Positions 33,092 to 41,756 of a stretch of 55,734 nucleotides of DNA are shown here, in pieces. Location of the stretch: positions 1 to 55,734 of the IMG/VR virus record IMGVR_UViG_3300033552_000009. One strand, written 5' to 3'. Below the pieces are notes generated by a model that saw nothing but the letters and a program-made list of their open reading frames with translations, did no database searches and was not told the DNA's origin. Positions within the stretch are counted from its first letter, which is position 1; each line of letters opens with the position of its first letter. Source of the stretch: a virus. Position numbers and translations under genes: made by a program.

Positions 33092-33489
33092 CCCCCGAAG
33101 ATTTGGCGAAAACAGGTACTGAGAGCGGCCATCAACGGGCCGTTTTTTGTTGGGCTGCGCTGAATGCCCACACTTACCCGGAACTGGAATGGTTGCACCA
33201 CATACCGAACGGCGGTAGTCGTGGCGATTGCGCTAAGTCACGGGCAATTGCAGGCGGGGCAATGAAGGCTGAAGGCGTGAAACCGGGCGTATTCGATTTG
33301 TTCTTACCGGTTGCCCGCCACAACTTGCACGGGCTGTATATCGAAATGAAAGCCCCCGGCAAAATAAATCAAACGTCAGATCAACAAAAGAAATTCGCCC
33401 TATTCCTAACAAAGCAAAAATACGCATGGGTTGTTTGTGACGATTGGCAAATGGCTGTAAAGATGATTGTTAGTTACTTGACTGATTAA
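33088..33489 (+). CDS. VRR-NUC domain nuclease
   Basis: ATG 33088 overlaps the upstream TGA. GVKPGVFDLFLPV...GLYIEMKAPGK..SDQQKKF matches the VRR-NUC (PD-(D/E)XK) pattern. Confidence 0.65.
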   Translation: MTPEDLAKTGTESGHQRAVFCWAALNAHTYPELEWLHHIPNGGSRGDCAKSRAIAGGAMKAEGVKPGVFDLFLPVARHNLHGLYIEMKAPGKINQTSDQQKKFALFLTKQKYAWVVCDDWQMAVKMIVSYLTD

Positions 33490-33510
33490 CAAAATGAATC
33501 AAATTACTTT

Positions 33511-33538
33511 TTGATGACCCCGAAACCTGATGTAGAAT
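33511..33538 (+). promoter_or_regulatory. promoter P8: TTGATG-16 nt-TAGAAT
   Basis: Same architecture and the same TAGAAT -10 as P4 and P5. It drives the monocistronic 33592 unit. Confidence 0.55.
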
Positions 33539-33591
33539 TCAACCTGTCATAACGACAACCTTTAACCTTAACCTTAACTGGAGTATTCAAA

Positions 33592-34287
33592 ATGGCTTCT
33601 TCCCGCGCCCGTAAATCAGTTTCCAAAGTTGAAAGCACAACCGGTAGCGTTCCCGCTGCTGCGGAAATCAATAACGCGCATTTGAAAATGATTGTTGACG
33701 CTGGCGAAAACGGTCTGTTTACCCCTGACTCAGTACATACCGCATTGGTTGCTGCTGGTCTGGTCGAACTGAATCCCGCCGCTGTCAATGAACAAGGCGA
33801 AGTTGCAACCCGTGCAACCGATGCCGGATTTGAATTTATTTACCCCGCTGACGGCAACGCGCCTGAAGCAAACAAGGAAACCCCCGCCATGCCTGAGAAT
33901 ACCGCCCCTGCTGCCGATTTGGCCGTTACCCCTGCCGCTACCCCTGCCCCTGCTGCCGCGCCTGCTGCTGCCCCTGCTGGCAAGACCAAACCGGCGTTTG
34001 TGATCGAAGATAACGTTCCGATGCCAGAAAGCGCCCGCCGCGCTGGTGGCCGCACGGAGTTTTACCCGTTTGAATCCCTGCAAGTCGGCCAATCGTTTTT
34101 CATCCCCGAAAAGAAAGCAAAAGAAATGTCAAGCGTGATCTACGGTGCCCGCGCCCGTTATTCCCGCGTGGTCGAAGGCCAAACCCGAACCATGCGTACA
34201 GGCAAGGTTGTTCCCGTTACCGAAGTCGTGCGCGATTTTGAATGCAAGGATGCCGAAGGCGGTTGCCGCGTTTGGCGTACCCTGTAA
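33592..34287 (+). CDS. two-domain protein: N-terminal helical (wHTH-like?) domain, Ala/Pro linker, C-terminal GQSF domain; probably highly expressed
   Basis: It has its own promoter, the conserved leader plus GGAGTATTCAAAATG, and its own terminator. The C-terminus YPFESLQVGQSFFIP...RVWRTL is paralogous to 25981 and 26283. Confidence 0.7.
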   Translation: MASSRARKSVSKVESTTGSVPAAAEINNAHLKMIVDAGENGLFTPDSVHTALVAAGLVELNPAAVNEQGEVATRATDAGFEFIYPADGNAPEANKETPAMPENTAPAADLAVTPAATPAPAAAPAAAPAGKTKPAFVIEDNVPMPESARRAGGRTEFYPFESLQVGQSFFIPEKKAKEMSSVIYGARARYSRVVEGQTRTMRTGKVVPVTEVVRDFECKDAEGGCRVWRTL

Positions 34288-34310
34288 GTTAAAACTTACT
34301 TAACCTTTGG

Positions 34311-34336
34311 AAAAGCGCCTATATGGCGCTTTTTTC
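34311..34336 (+). terminator. rho-independent terminator
   Basis: Stem agcgcc/ggcgct with a 5-nt loop, followed by tttttt. Confidence 0.75.
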
Positions 34337-34398
34337 TTGCGTGTTATTTTTGTTGCGACTATCATCACCCTGTTCATAAAATAATGGGGCTTTATTAA

Positions 34399-34749
34399 AT
34401 GCAAGATAACCAATCAGATACTGCCATGACAAGCCCAATCCGCATAGTTGAAATGAAGTTGCCGCTTACGTGGCTGTTGTCAACCGCAACGGTCATGGTA
34501 ATGGCTATCGCTGGATTAGTCTTTCAAGTTAACGTTGCCACTGGCGGCATTAGCGATTTGAAAGTTGCCATTCAGGATATGCGAAAGAATCAGGAAGTTC
34601 GGGATGACCGAATGAATTTAATGTCCGGGTCCAATATTGAAACCCGGTCACAACTGAATTCTTTGCAGCTTGAACTAACCCGGCTGTCGAACGATATAAA
34701 TGAAATTCATCGTGATAATCGGTCACGATATGGCAACGGTTCTAAATAA
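34399..34749 (+). CDS. lysis-cassette membrane protein (single TM plus coiled coil; holin/antiholin-like)
   Basis: The TM segment is LPLTWLLSTATVMVMAIAGLVFQV. It lies directly upstream of the holin-like and endolysin genes. Confidence 0.45.
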   Translation: MQDNQSDTAMTSPIRIVEMKLPLTWLLSTATVMVMAIAGLVFQVNVATGGISDLKVAIQDMRKNQEVRDDRMNLMSGSNIETRSQLNSLQLELTRLSNDINEIHRDNRSRYGNGSK

Positions 34750-34760
34750 AGAAAGATGAT

Positions 34761-35024
34761 ATGCGTATTCAATTCGTAGAAGCCGCTAAGGTTTGGTGGA
34801 AACTTTGGAGCATTCGCCTTGGCGCGTTAGGTTCCGCTGTCGTTTCGCTGCTGATTGTCTTTCCAGACAAAGCCCTTGAAATGTGGGCAATGATGCCCGA
34901 ACAGTTCAAATCGTTCATTCCCCCTGAATACATGCCGCTTGTCGGTGTCGTTATCTACGTGCTTGGCATGGTTGCCCGTTTGGTTCGGCAACGCAAGCTT
35001 GATAAAGAATTGGGTGCGCGGTAA
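34761..35024 (+). CDS. putative holin (two TM segments)
   Basis: WKLWSIRLGALGSAVVSLLIVF and YMPLVGVVIYVLGMVARLV, followed by a basic C-terminus. The stop abuts the endolysin ATG. Confidence 0.55.
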   Translation: MRIQFVEAAKVWWKLWSIRLGALGSAVVSLLIVFPDKALEMWAMMPEQFKSFIPPEYMPLVGVVIYVLGMVARLVRQRKLDKELGAR

Positions 35025-35707
35025 TGGCTTTCATCAAAAACAGGATAAGCCGCAATCTGAATGCGTTTTTGGATACGCTGGCTTACGCTGAAGGCACTAG
35101 CACCCATCCGTTAACTAAAAACGATGGCTATGACGTTATCGTTACCGGTTTAGATGGTTATGAGATATTTTCGATGTATGGGGCGCATCCATTTGCAAAT
35201 GGCCGCAAATCGAAAAGGATTAATTTAAAAGGTCTAACGTCGAATGCGTCAGGCCGTTATCAGTTCATGCTGAAAGACTATGAACATTACCGCAAACAGT
35301 TGCGGTTGCCTGATTTTGGGCCTGAATCGCAAGACCGTTGGGCTATTCAGTTGATTCGTGAAACGGGGGCTTTGCCTCTGATTGAAGCGGGCCGCTTTAT
35401 AGAGGCTGTCGCCCGCGTAAGGCACTTATGGGCTTCGCTGCCCGGTGCTGGCTATGGGCAGCTAGAAAGGCCGCTGGCTAGCCTGACAAACGTTTATGTA
35501 AACAAAGGGGGTGAAACATGGAAATCTTTAGTGGTTTTATCGGATACATCGTCACGGGTGCCGGTGCAATCTTTGCCGCAATCGCTTTATATTTCGGAGC
35601 CAAGCAAGTTGGAAGAAAAGAAAGCGACTTGGCTAACGCTATTGAACAAGCTAAACGAGTTAGCGAAGAAAATAACGCTACACTTCAAAAGCAAAACGAA
35701 ACCTTGA
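35024..35707 (+). CDS. endolysin, lambda R-like lytic transglycosylase (GH104)
   Basis: LDTLAYAEGT, GYDVIVTG, SNASGRYQFM, DFGPESQDRWAIQLI and LWASLPGAGYGQ match the lambda R family. A roughly 60-aa C-terminal extension overlaps the spanin gene. Confidence 0.8.
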   Translation: MAFIKNRISRNLNAFLDTLAYAEGTSTHPLTKNDGYDVIVTGLDGYEIFSMYGAHPFANGRKSKRINLKGLTSNASGRYQFMLKDYEHYRKQLRLPDFGPESQDRWAIQLIRETGALPLIEAGRFIEAVARVRHLWASLPGAGYGQLERPLASLTNVYVNKGGETWKSLVVLSDTSSRVPVQSLPQSLYISEPSKLEEKKATWLTLLNKLNELAKKITLHFKSKTKP

Positions 35708-35796
35708 AGGATACTTCCGATGCTAAAACCTCTGTTATCGTTATGCCTGACGGTTCCGCTGCTAGTGAGTTGCGCGACAAATGGAAACGTGATTGA
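35518..35796 (+). CDS. i-spanin (Rz-like)
   Basis: Strong RBS AAGGGGGTG. The N-terminal TM is FIGYIVTGAGAIFAAIALYF, followed by a coiled coil. It overlaps the o-spanin gene. Confidence 0.6.
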   Translation: MEIFSGFIGYIVTGAGAIFAAIALYFGAKQVGRKESDLANAIEQAKRVSEENNATLQKQNETLKDTSDAKTSVIVMPDGSAASELRDKWKRD

Positions 35797-35953
35797 AAAA
35801 ATTAACGTTGTAGATACGGCTTGCAGTTGGGTTAAGCCTATTTATATTTCAAAAGATGATGTTTTAACCGATGGCACAGCAAGGCAAATACTTGCTAATA
35901 ATCGGGCCTACGCATCATCCTGTAATTTAAAGAATGTTACTATCCGGCCATAG
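35720..35953 (+). CDS. o-spanin lipoprotein (Rz1-like)
   Basis: Signal sequence and lipobox LLVSC. The RBS is GAAGGA. Its start lies inside the 3' end of the i-spanin gene. Confidence 0.6.
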   Translation: MLKPLLSLCLTVPLLVSCATNGNVIEKINVVDTACSWVKPIYISKDDVLTDGTARQILANNRAYASSCNLKNVTIRP

Positions 35954-35972
35954 CCCTTAAAAGAATAGTCGC

Positions 35973-36380
35973 ATGACTGAAGAAACAAACGAATTAAAGG
36001 CCGCTTATGCGGCTTTACTTTTGCGAAGCCCTAAAGAGGCATTCAAAGCCGCGATGCTGTTGTTTCCCGGCGAGACAAGCCGCGCCCTGAAAGTCTCTAA
36101 CGAATGGCCGATGGATTCGATTGTTATAAAGGAAATGGCGCGATTGGAAAAGGCCGGGTTAAACGGTCTGCCATCTAAAAACGAATTGGCGCTGAAGATT
36201 TGGGAAATGGTAGAAGATGACCGGGGAAGTAAAAACCCACAATGGGCCATTGCACCTAAAGACCGAATCGCTGCCGGTAAGCTTTACGCTGACATAATGG
36301 GTTTTATCGCAACGAATGAACCGCTTGAAGATGACGAAGATACACAAAAGATTCCGGTTTATAAAGTCGTTGACAAATGA
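35973..36380 (+). CDS. terminase small subunit (by position and C-terminal DRIAAGKLYADIMGF pattern)
   Basis: Lies immediately upstream of terL and overlaps it (ATGA). Confidence 0.5.
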   Translation: MTEETNELKAAYAALLLRSPKEAFKAAMLLFPGETSRALKVSNEWPMDSIVIKEMARLEKAGLNGLPSKNELALKIWEMVEDDRGSKNPQWAIAPKDRIAAGKLYADIMGFIATNEPLEDDEDTQKIPVYKVVDK

Positions 36381-37783
36381 AGCCGAATTACGTTACCGAA
36401 ATTTTCCCCGCCTATCTTGAATACCTACAACCGGCGCGATTTAAGGTAGCTCACGGGGGCCGGGGTTCTGCGAAAACCCGCACGTTTGTTTCTATCCTTT
36501 TGAACAACGTTCGCTATTTCGGCTGGCGCGTGGCTTGCTTTCGGGAACTAATGAAGTCGCTTGACGATTCGGTTTATCAAGAGTTTATTGATGAAATCGA
36601 ACGTTGCGGAATGGGCAAGCACTTTAAACCAATCAAAAACAGTATTAAGTGCATTACGTCAGGCGGTTTGATTAAGTTTGACGGTCTGCTACGCAATCAA
36701 CAAAAGATTAAAGGCTATGCCGGATATGATGCCGCATGGGTAGAGGAAGCGGAAAACGTATCAGACGAAAGCTGGAAGTATCTGATTCCTACGTTGCGTA
36801 AAGACGGTTCCGAAATTTGGGTTTCATATAATCCTGACGATGCACTATCAGCAACCCATCAAAGGTTTGTTTCCAATTGCGTTTACCCCGATTTCATGCT
36901 GAATCCTATTACCGGTGAAATGGACCGTTATTGCGTAGTTAAGCAAATTAACTATACCGATAATCCACGGTTCCCGATTGAATTGCAACGGGATATGGAT
37001 TTGATGCGGGAAAACGATTTTGAGTTATACCGCCACGTTTATTTGGGTGAATGCGTAGGAAATAGCGAATTGGCTATTATCAAGCCGATGTGGATTGAAG
37101 CCGCTGTTGACGCCCACATTAAGCTGAATTTGAAAATCACTGGCGGCAAAATGGCCGGGTTTGACGTTGCAGACGAAGGCAAGGACAAAAACGCATTCGT
37201 TGCAAGGCATGGCATTCTTGCCTACGTGGTTGAAGAATGGAAAGACTTGGACCCGAATACAGCCGCTAGGCATGTTTTCTTCAATGCGCTTGATATGGGC
37301 CTGTCAACGGTCACGTATGACAATATCGGCGTAGGCGCGGGCGCTAAGGGCGCAATCAGGGAAGAAAAGGCGAAGCTGTCAGTTAAGACGAAAGCCCCCG
37401 TATATCGCGGCTTTACCGCAAACGCTGCCGTTGTTTCCCCTGAAAAGGAATACAAGCCCGGTAAGAAAAACGAAGATATGTTTTTGAATCTGAAGGCTCA
37501 GGCATGGTGGCTTACTGCCGATAGATTCAAAAATACTTATGACGCAATCCACGGTAAACCGTATGACCCTGAAAACCTAATCAGCATATCAAGCGAAGTC
37601 AGCAATTTGAACAAACTTTGTGCTGAGTTGGCGCAACCACGGCGAGAATTCCAAAACGGAAAATTCAAAGTAGAAGCTAAAAAGGATATGGTTAAGCGTG
37701 GCGTTGTGTCGCCAAACTTGGCAGACGCCCTAATAATGTCCTATGCGCCTGAAGGCGGGTTTAAGTTAGAAGCGTTGATTTAA
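36377..37783 (+). CDS. terL: terminase large subunit (PBSX/Terminase_3-like)
   Basis: The Walker A is HGGRGSAKT near the N-terminus. At 468 aa it is followed by the portal gene. Confidence 0.8.
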   Translation: MKPNYVTEIFPAYLEYLQPARFKVAHGGRGSAKTRTFVSILLNNVRYFGWRVACFRELMKSLDDSVYQEFIDEIERCGMGKHFKPIKNSIKCITSGGLIKFDGLLRNQQKIKGYAGYDAAWVEEAENVSDESWKYLIPTLRKDGSEIWVSYNPDDALSATHQRFVSNCVYPDFMLNPITGEMDRYCVVKQINYTDNPRFPIELQRDMDLMRENDFELYRHVYLGECVGNSELAIIKPMWIEAAVDAHIKLNLKITGGKMAGFDVADEGKDKNAFVARHGILAYVVEEWKDLDPNTAARHVFFNALDMGLSTVTYDNIGVGAGAKGAIREEKAKLSVKTKAPVYRGFTANAAVVSPEKEYKPGKKNEDMFLNLKAQAWWLTADRFKNTYDAIHGKPYDPENLISISSEVSNLNKLCAELAQPRREFQNGKFKVEAKKDMVKRGVVSPNLADALIMSYAPEGGFKLEALI

Positions 37784-37802
37784 CTGAATGTGGGCATACA
37801 AT
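37775..37802 (+). promoter_or_regulatory. possible promoter TTGATT-16 nt-TACAAT upstream of the portal gene
   Basis: Follows the same 16-nt spacer rule. The spacer contains an AATGTGGGC copy. Confidence 0.3.
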
Positions 37803-37831
37803 AACCCAATCTATTTTAGAATCTAAATATT

Positions 37832-39307
37832 ATGTCAAGACCTGTCGGCTCAAAAAACAAACCCCGTAGCACCGATACAGGCGTAACGGTTTTCACCCGT
37901 ACAGACGATGCCTACGGGCAAGCGTTTTTGAATGCCCCCGTTGTTGGTCCCCGCTTTGGCGGCACAACCGGTTATTTAATGGACCGGGGCGCTATTGAAA
38001 ATATCTATTTGGGCAACGGCTTTGGGCGGCTGATTATTGACCGGGTTGCTGAAGAAATGACAAGGGCAGGTTTTGAACTGGAAAACCTAGCGCCTGAAAT
38101 AGAAGATCAAGTTATCGCACGAATTGAAGAATTAAACGCAATGAATAAATTGTGCGATGCCCTTAAATGGTCACGCGCTTTTGGCGGTTCTGCTGTCGTA
38201 TTGGGTTTAAAGGATGGTGGTTCATTTACTACCCCGTTGGTCCCTGAAAAGATTCAATCGGTTGAATTCCTGCGAGTTTATGACCGATTCCAAATTGACG
38301 CCGTTTCTAAATATTCTGACCCAACGTTAGAGAATTATGGCCGGGTTGAAGTATGGCGAATCAATCCCACTAACGTTACCGTAAGCGGTGGCGCAACCTC
38401 TTATGATGTTCACGAATCGCGGATTTTTATATTTGATGGCGATTCGATACCCAATGCCTTGCGTAATCAGAATCAGGGATGGGGCGCATCTATTCTTCAA
38501 AAGTGCCTTACCGAATTGCGCCGATTGAACAATGCCCACAAATGGGCTGAAATGCTGCTGGAAAGGTCACAGCAAGCCGTGCATGGTATCCCTGACCTTT
38601 CAAGTACCCTTGCTGACCCTGCCGGTAAAGCAATGATGATTCAGCGGATTGATATAGTAGATCAAGTACGCAATGCCCAAAATACGGTGGTCATTGACGC
38701 GCTGGAAACCTACGAAATCAAACAGGCTCCAATGGGCGGGGTTCCTGACGTTCTGGACCGCTTTGCTGAAGCCCTGTCGTCAGTTACAGGCATTCCGGTT
38801 TTCGTGCTTATGGGCCGGTCTGCCGGTGGTCTGAATTCCCCCGGCGAATCGAACGAAAAAAGCTGGTATTCGCAAATCGAGAATATGCAAAATACCATGC
38901 TGCGTAATCCGTTGGATAAGCTGATTTCGTATATCATTCTTGCTAGCAATGGCGGTAAAAGTGATGGCGCTGATTATTCGCTTGAATTTAAACCGCTTGC
39001 CGTTCCGAATGACAAAGACGAAGCCGAAATTGAGTTAAAGAAATCTCAATCCCTTAAAACCAAAGCCGATGCCCATAACGTTTATGTGACTATGGGGGCA
39101 TTGGACCCTTCCGAAGTAAGAAAAGAATTGGCGGTTGAAAATGAATTTATTGATGATTCAATCGAACCAATCGCGCCTGCCGAAAAGCTACAGGAACAAG
39201 CAAACGAATTCGCTGAATCTCAAGCTAAAATCATTGCATCAAAGCCTGCTGTCGTTGGACAATCTAAACCCAAACCAAAGCCCGGTAGCTCAAATGCAAA
39301 GGCTTAA
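37832..39307 (+). CDS. portal protein (DUF1073-type)
   Basis: At 491 aa it directly follows terL. GWGASILQKCLTELRRLNNAHKWAEMLLERSQQAV is typical of DUF1073 portals. Confidence 0.75.
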   Translation: MSRPVGSKNKPRSTDTGVTVFTRTDDAYGQAFLNAPVVGPRFGGTTGYLMDRGAIENIYLGNGFGRLIIDRVAEEMTRAGFELENLAPEIEDQVIARIEELNAMNKLCDALKWSRAFGGSAVVLGLKDGGSFTTPLVPEKIQSVEFLRVYDRFQIDAVSKYSDPTLENYGRVEVWRINPTNVTVSGGATSYDVHESRIFIFDGDSIPNALRNQNQGWGASILQKCLTELRRLNNAHKWAEMLLERSQQAVHGIPDLSSTLADPAGKAMMIQRIDIVDQVRNAQNTVVIDALETYEIKQAPMGGVPDVLDRFAEALSSVTGIPVFVLMGRSAGGLNSPGESNEKSWYSQIENMQNTMLRNPLDKLISYIILASNGGKSDGADYSLEFKPLAVPNDKDEAEIELKKSQSLKTKADAHNVYVTMGALDPSEVRKELAVENEFIDDSIEPIAPAEKLQEQANEFAESQAKIIASKPAVVGQSKPKPKPGSSNAKA

Positions 39308-40121
39308 CCGGTGGCTTTACCCCGATACTGCCGAACGGACCTATCAGCGGCTTTTCATCAATCGGCTACGTGATCTGAAGATTGAATTTTTGCGAAGGCT
39401 TCGCGGCATTAATTTGCTGCGAATTGACGCTGACGAAGAAACATGGTCTGATGATCTGGAAGTTGCAATTGCGGGCCTTATGGGCTGGTGGTTTGTCAGT
39501 GTTCAAGCATTACGTATCGAATTCGCCTTGCTTTTCAATCAAGTAAGCCAATTCAACGACAAGCAATTTAAGTTGGCCGTCAAGCAACTGACCGGCGTTA
39601 GTTTGCCGCAATCCCAATCGTTCGGTTATAACGCCGCCGATTTGGTAACGCCCACAATGGCCGCACGGGACATACTAGGGCAGGCCGCTGACGTTAGCAG
39701 GGTTGAAGAATACCTTGCCGCCATCAAAAAGAACTTTGTCGCCACTAGCGTTACATCGTTCGATAAACTAGGACAACAGTTTATTCAAACGTCTGAGATT
39801 GAACTTAGGCGCATGGTTAACAATGGCGCAAAGGTTAATGAAATCATTGCCGATATTAATAACCGTTTAGCTAAGTATGAAAGACAAGCTGTATTAATTG
39901 GCCGTGGTATTGTCGCACGGGTTAATGCTGAGTTAACGCAACGGCGGTTAGTTGGCATGGGCCTAAATGAATATATTTGGCACACTTGCTTAGACGAAAG
40001 AGTTAGGCCAACCCATAGGGCTAATGAAGGCGAAACTTTTCAATGGTCTAAGCCCCCTGCCGTAACCGGTCATCCCGGTCATGATTATCTTTGCCGCTGC
40101 TGGCCCGAAGCCGTTAAATAA
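39294..40121 (+). CDS. head morphogenesis protein (SPP1 gp7 / Mu F-like)
   Basis: ATG 39294 overlaps the portal stop region. The C-terminal DERVRPTHRANEGETF....PGHDYLCRCW is the Mu F signature. Confidence 0.7.
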   Translation: MQRLNRWLYPDTAERTYQRLFINRLRDLKIEFLRRLRGINLLRIDADEETWSDDLEVAIAGLMGWWFVSVQALRIEFALLFNQVSQFNDKQFKLAVKQLTGVSLPQSQSFGYNAADLVTPTMAARDILGQAADVSRVEEYLAAIKKNFVATSVTSFDKLGQQFIQTSEIELRRMVNNGAKVNEIIADINNRLAKYERQAVLIGRGIVARVNAELTQRRLVGMGLNEYIWHTCLDERVRPTHRANEGETFQWSKPPAVTGHPGHDYLCRCWPEAVK

Positions 40122-40156
40122 TTTCCAAGTAATTAAAAATAACCTATACTTCGCCC

Positions 40157-41224
40157 ATGACGCAACGTTTTGATTACTCGTACCTGAAGCCCGTTCGGAA
40201 AACTGACGAAGGTTTTCTGCACGATACGCCCATTGTCGGGCGTATTGGCATTCAGCAATATATGAACGTGGATGGCACTGTAAGGCGCGAATTGCGTCTG
40301 CCCGACGATGTTTTTCACGCTGATTCGCTGGCCTCTTTTGTCGGTAAGCCTATCACTGTTGACCATCCGACAACGGGCAAGGTAACAGATAAGAATGTGG
40401 GCAGTTTGTCAATTGGTACTATTCTTTCAACCGGTAAACAGGACGGCGAAACTGTTGTTGTTGATATTGTTTTGCATAACCCGCAAGCAATCGGGGAACG
40501 TCGCCAATTATCACTAGGCTACAATGTTGACCTAGAAGAAACGCCCGGTGAATGGAACGGCCAAAAATATGACGCAATTCAGCGTAATATCAAGGTTAAC
40601 CATTTGTCAGTGGTTAAAGCAGGCCGGGCAGGAATTGCAAGGCTCAATGTTGACAGTGATGAAATATTAATTGAGGAAAAACCTATCATGCCAAAAATCA
40701 GAATGGATAATGGAATCGAATATGAAGCCGCCCCTGAAGTGGTTGCTGAAGTTGATTCGCTGCGTTCTAAAGCTGGCAAGTTGCAATTGCAGCTTGACGG
40801 CACAACCCCGGCCTATGCCAAGCTTGAAGCGGAACGGGATGGGCTGAAAGCCAAACTTGACGCCGCGCCTGCCGAACTGGCAAAAGCAATCGAAAAAGGC
40901 CGCGCCGATGCGCTTGAACGTCTGTCGCTGGAAAAGGTTGCAGGAACGTTCAAAGTCGATTGCGCTGGCAAGACTGACCGCGAAATTAAGGAATTGGTTA
41001 TTAAGGCCAATCGTAAAGACGCTGATCTTACCGGCAAGTCTGACGACTACGTTAATGCCGCTTTCGATTTCGCAAGTGAATCCGGCGTTAATCTCGATGT
41101 GGCAATGGCCGCACAACGTTTGGCCGCAAATGCTGGCGATAAATCGGTTGAAAAAACTGACGCTGTTGATTCCAAAGCCGCATATACTGCGTACATGGAA
41201 TCTTTGTCTAATCCAAAGAAATAA
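40157..41224 (+). CDS. DUF2213-type head protease/scaffold protein
   Basis: GIQQYMNVDGTVRRELRLPDDVFHADSL..FVGKPITVDHP...LSLGYNVDL...GQKYDAIQRNIKVNHLSVVKAGRAG, then a coiled-coil C-terminal half. Confidence 0.65.
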   Translation: MTQRFDYSYLKPVRKTDEGFLHDTPIVGRIGIQQYMNVDGTVRRELRLPDDVFHADSLASFVGKPITVDHPTTGKVTDKNVGSLSIGTILSTGKQDGETVVVDIVLHNPQAIGERRQLSLGYNVDLEETPGEWNGQKYDAIQRNIKVNHLSVVKAGRAGIARLNVDSDEILIEEKPIMPKIRMDNGIEYEAAPEVVAEVDSLRSKAGKLQLQLDGTTPAYAKLEAERDGLKAKLDAAPAELAKAIEKGRADALERLSLEKVAGTFKVDCAGKTDREIKELVIKANRKDADLTGKSDDYVNAAFDFASESGVNLDVAMAAQRLAANAGDKSVEKTDAVDSKAAYTAYMESLSNPKK

Positions 41225-41251
41225 TCAACCAATCGAAAGCAGGTAATCAAC

Positions 41252-41725
41252 ATGCAAACCATCTACACGATGTATCAAGATGCGGGCCTTGCCGGTCTGA
41301 TCTATGACCTTTCCGCACACGACACGTTTTCCCTGTCGGCTGAAGGCGCTGTTCTGATTGGCGGGCCGCTGGTCCTTGGCACAAACAAAGAACGTCAGTG
41401 CAAATCGGTTACTACTGCCGTTGGGCAAGCCGCTTTGGTTGTCGGCGTTTCCATTCTGCAATACGATTTTGAACAAGCCGGTAATACCCCCGCTGTCGCG
41501 TATGCCGACAAAGAAACCGTTTCGGTTATGAAAAAAGGCCGCATTTGGGTTAACGTCAACGATGCCGTTACCGCTGGCGCTGTTGCAAACCTGCATTTGG
41601 CAAGTGGCAAATTCACTGATGACGCGGTTGCCGTTGGCGTTGAAGCATTCACGCAAATTCTGGCGAAGTTTCTGACTTCAACAACCGGTGCGGGCCTTGC
41701 CGTACTGGAATTCCAACAAAAGTAA
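41252..41725 (+). CDS. head decoration/cement-like protein (DUF2190-like)
   Basis: 157 aa, lying between the scaffold and the major capsid gene as in DUF1073/DUF2213/DUF2184 modules. Confidence 0.5.
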   Translation: MQTIYTMYQDAGLAGLIYDLSAHDTFSLSAEGAVLIGGPLVLGTNKERQCKSVTTAVGQAALVVGVSILQYDFEQAGNTPAVAYADKETVSVMKKGRIWVNVNDAVTAGAVANLHLASGKFTDDAVAVGVEAFTQILAKFLTSTTGAGLAVLEFQQK

Positions 41726-41756
41726 TTGATTAACCATAATCAGAACGGAAACCAAA

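Noticed and set aside
33730-34092. Minus- and alternative-frame ORFs (33730-34092, 33788-34003, 33840-34055) within the 33592 gene.
   Set aside because: They are artefacts of the GCN/CCN-rich Ala/Pro linker coding region. The plus-strand frame has a promoter, RBS and terminator.
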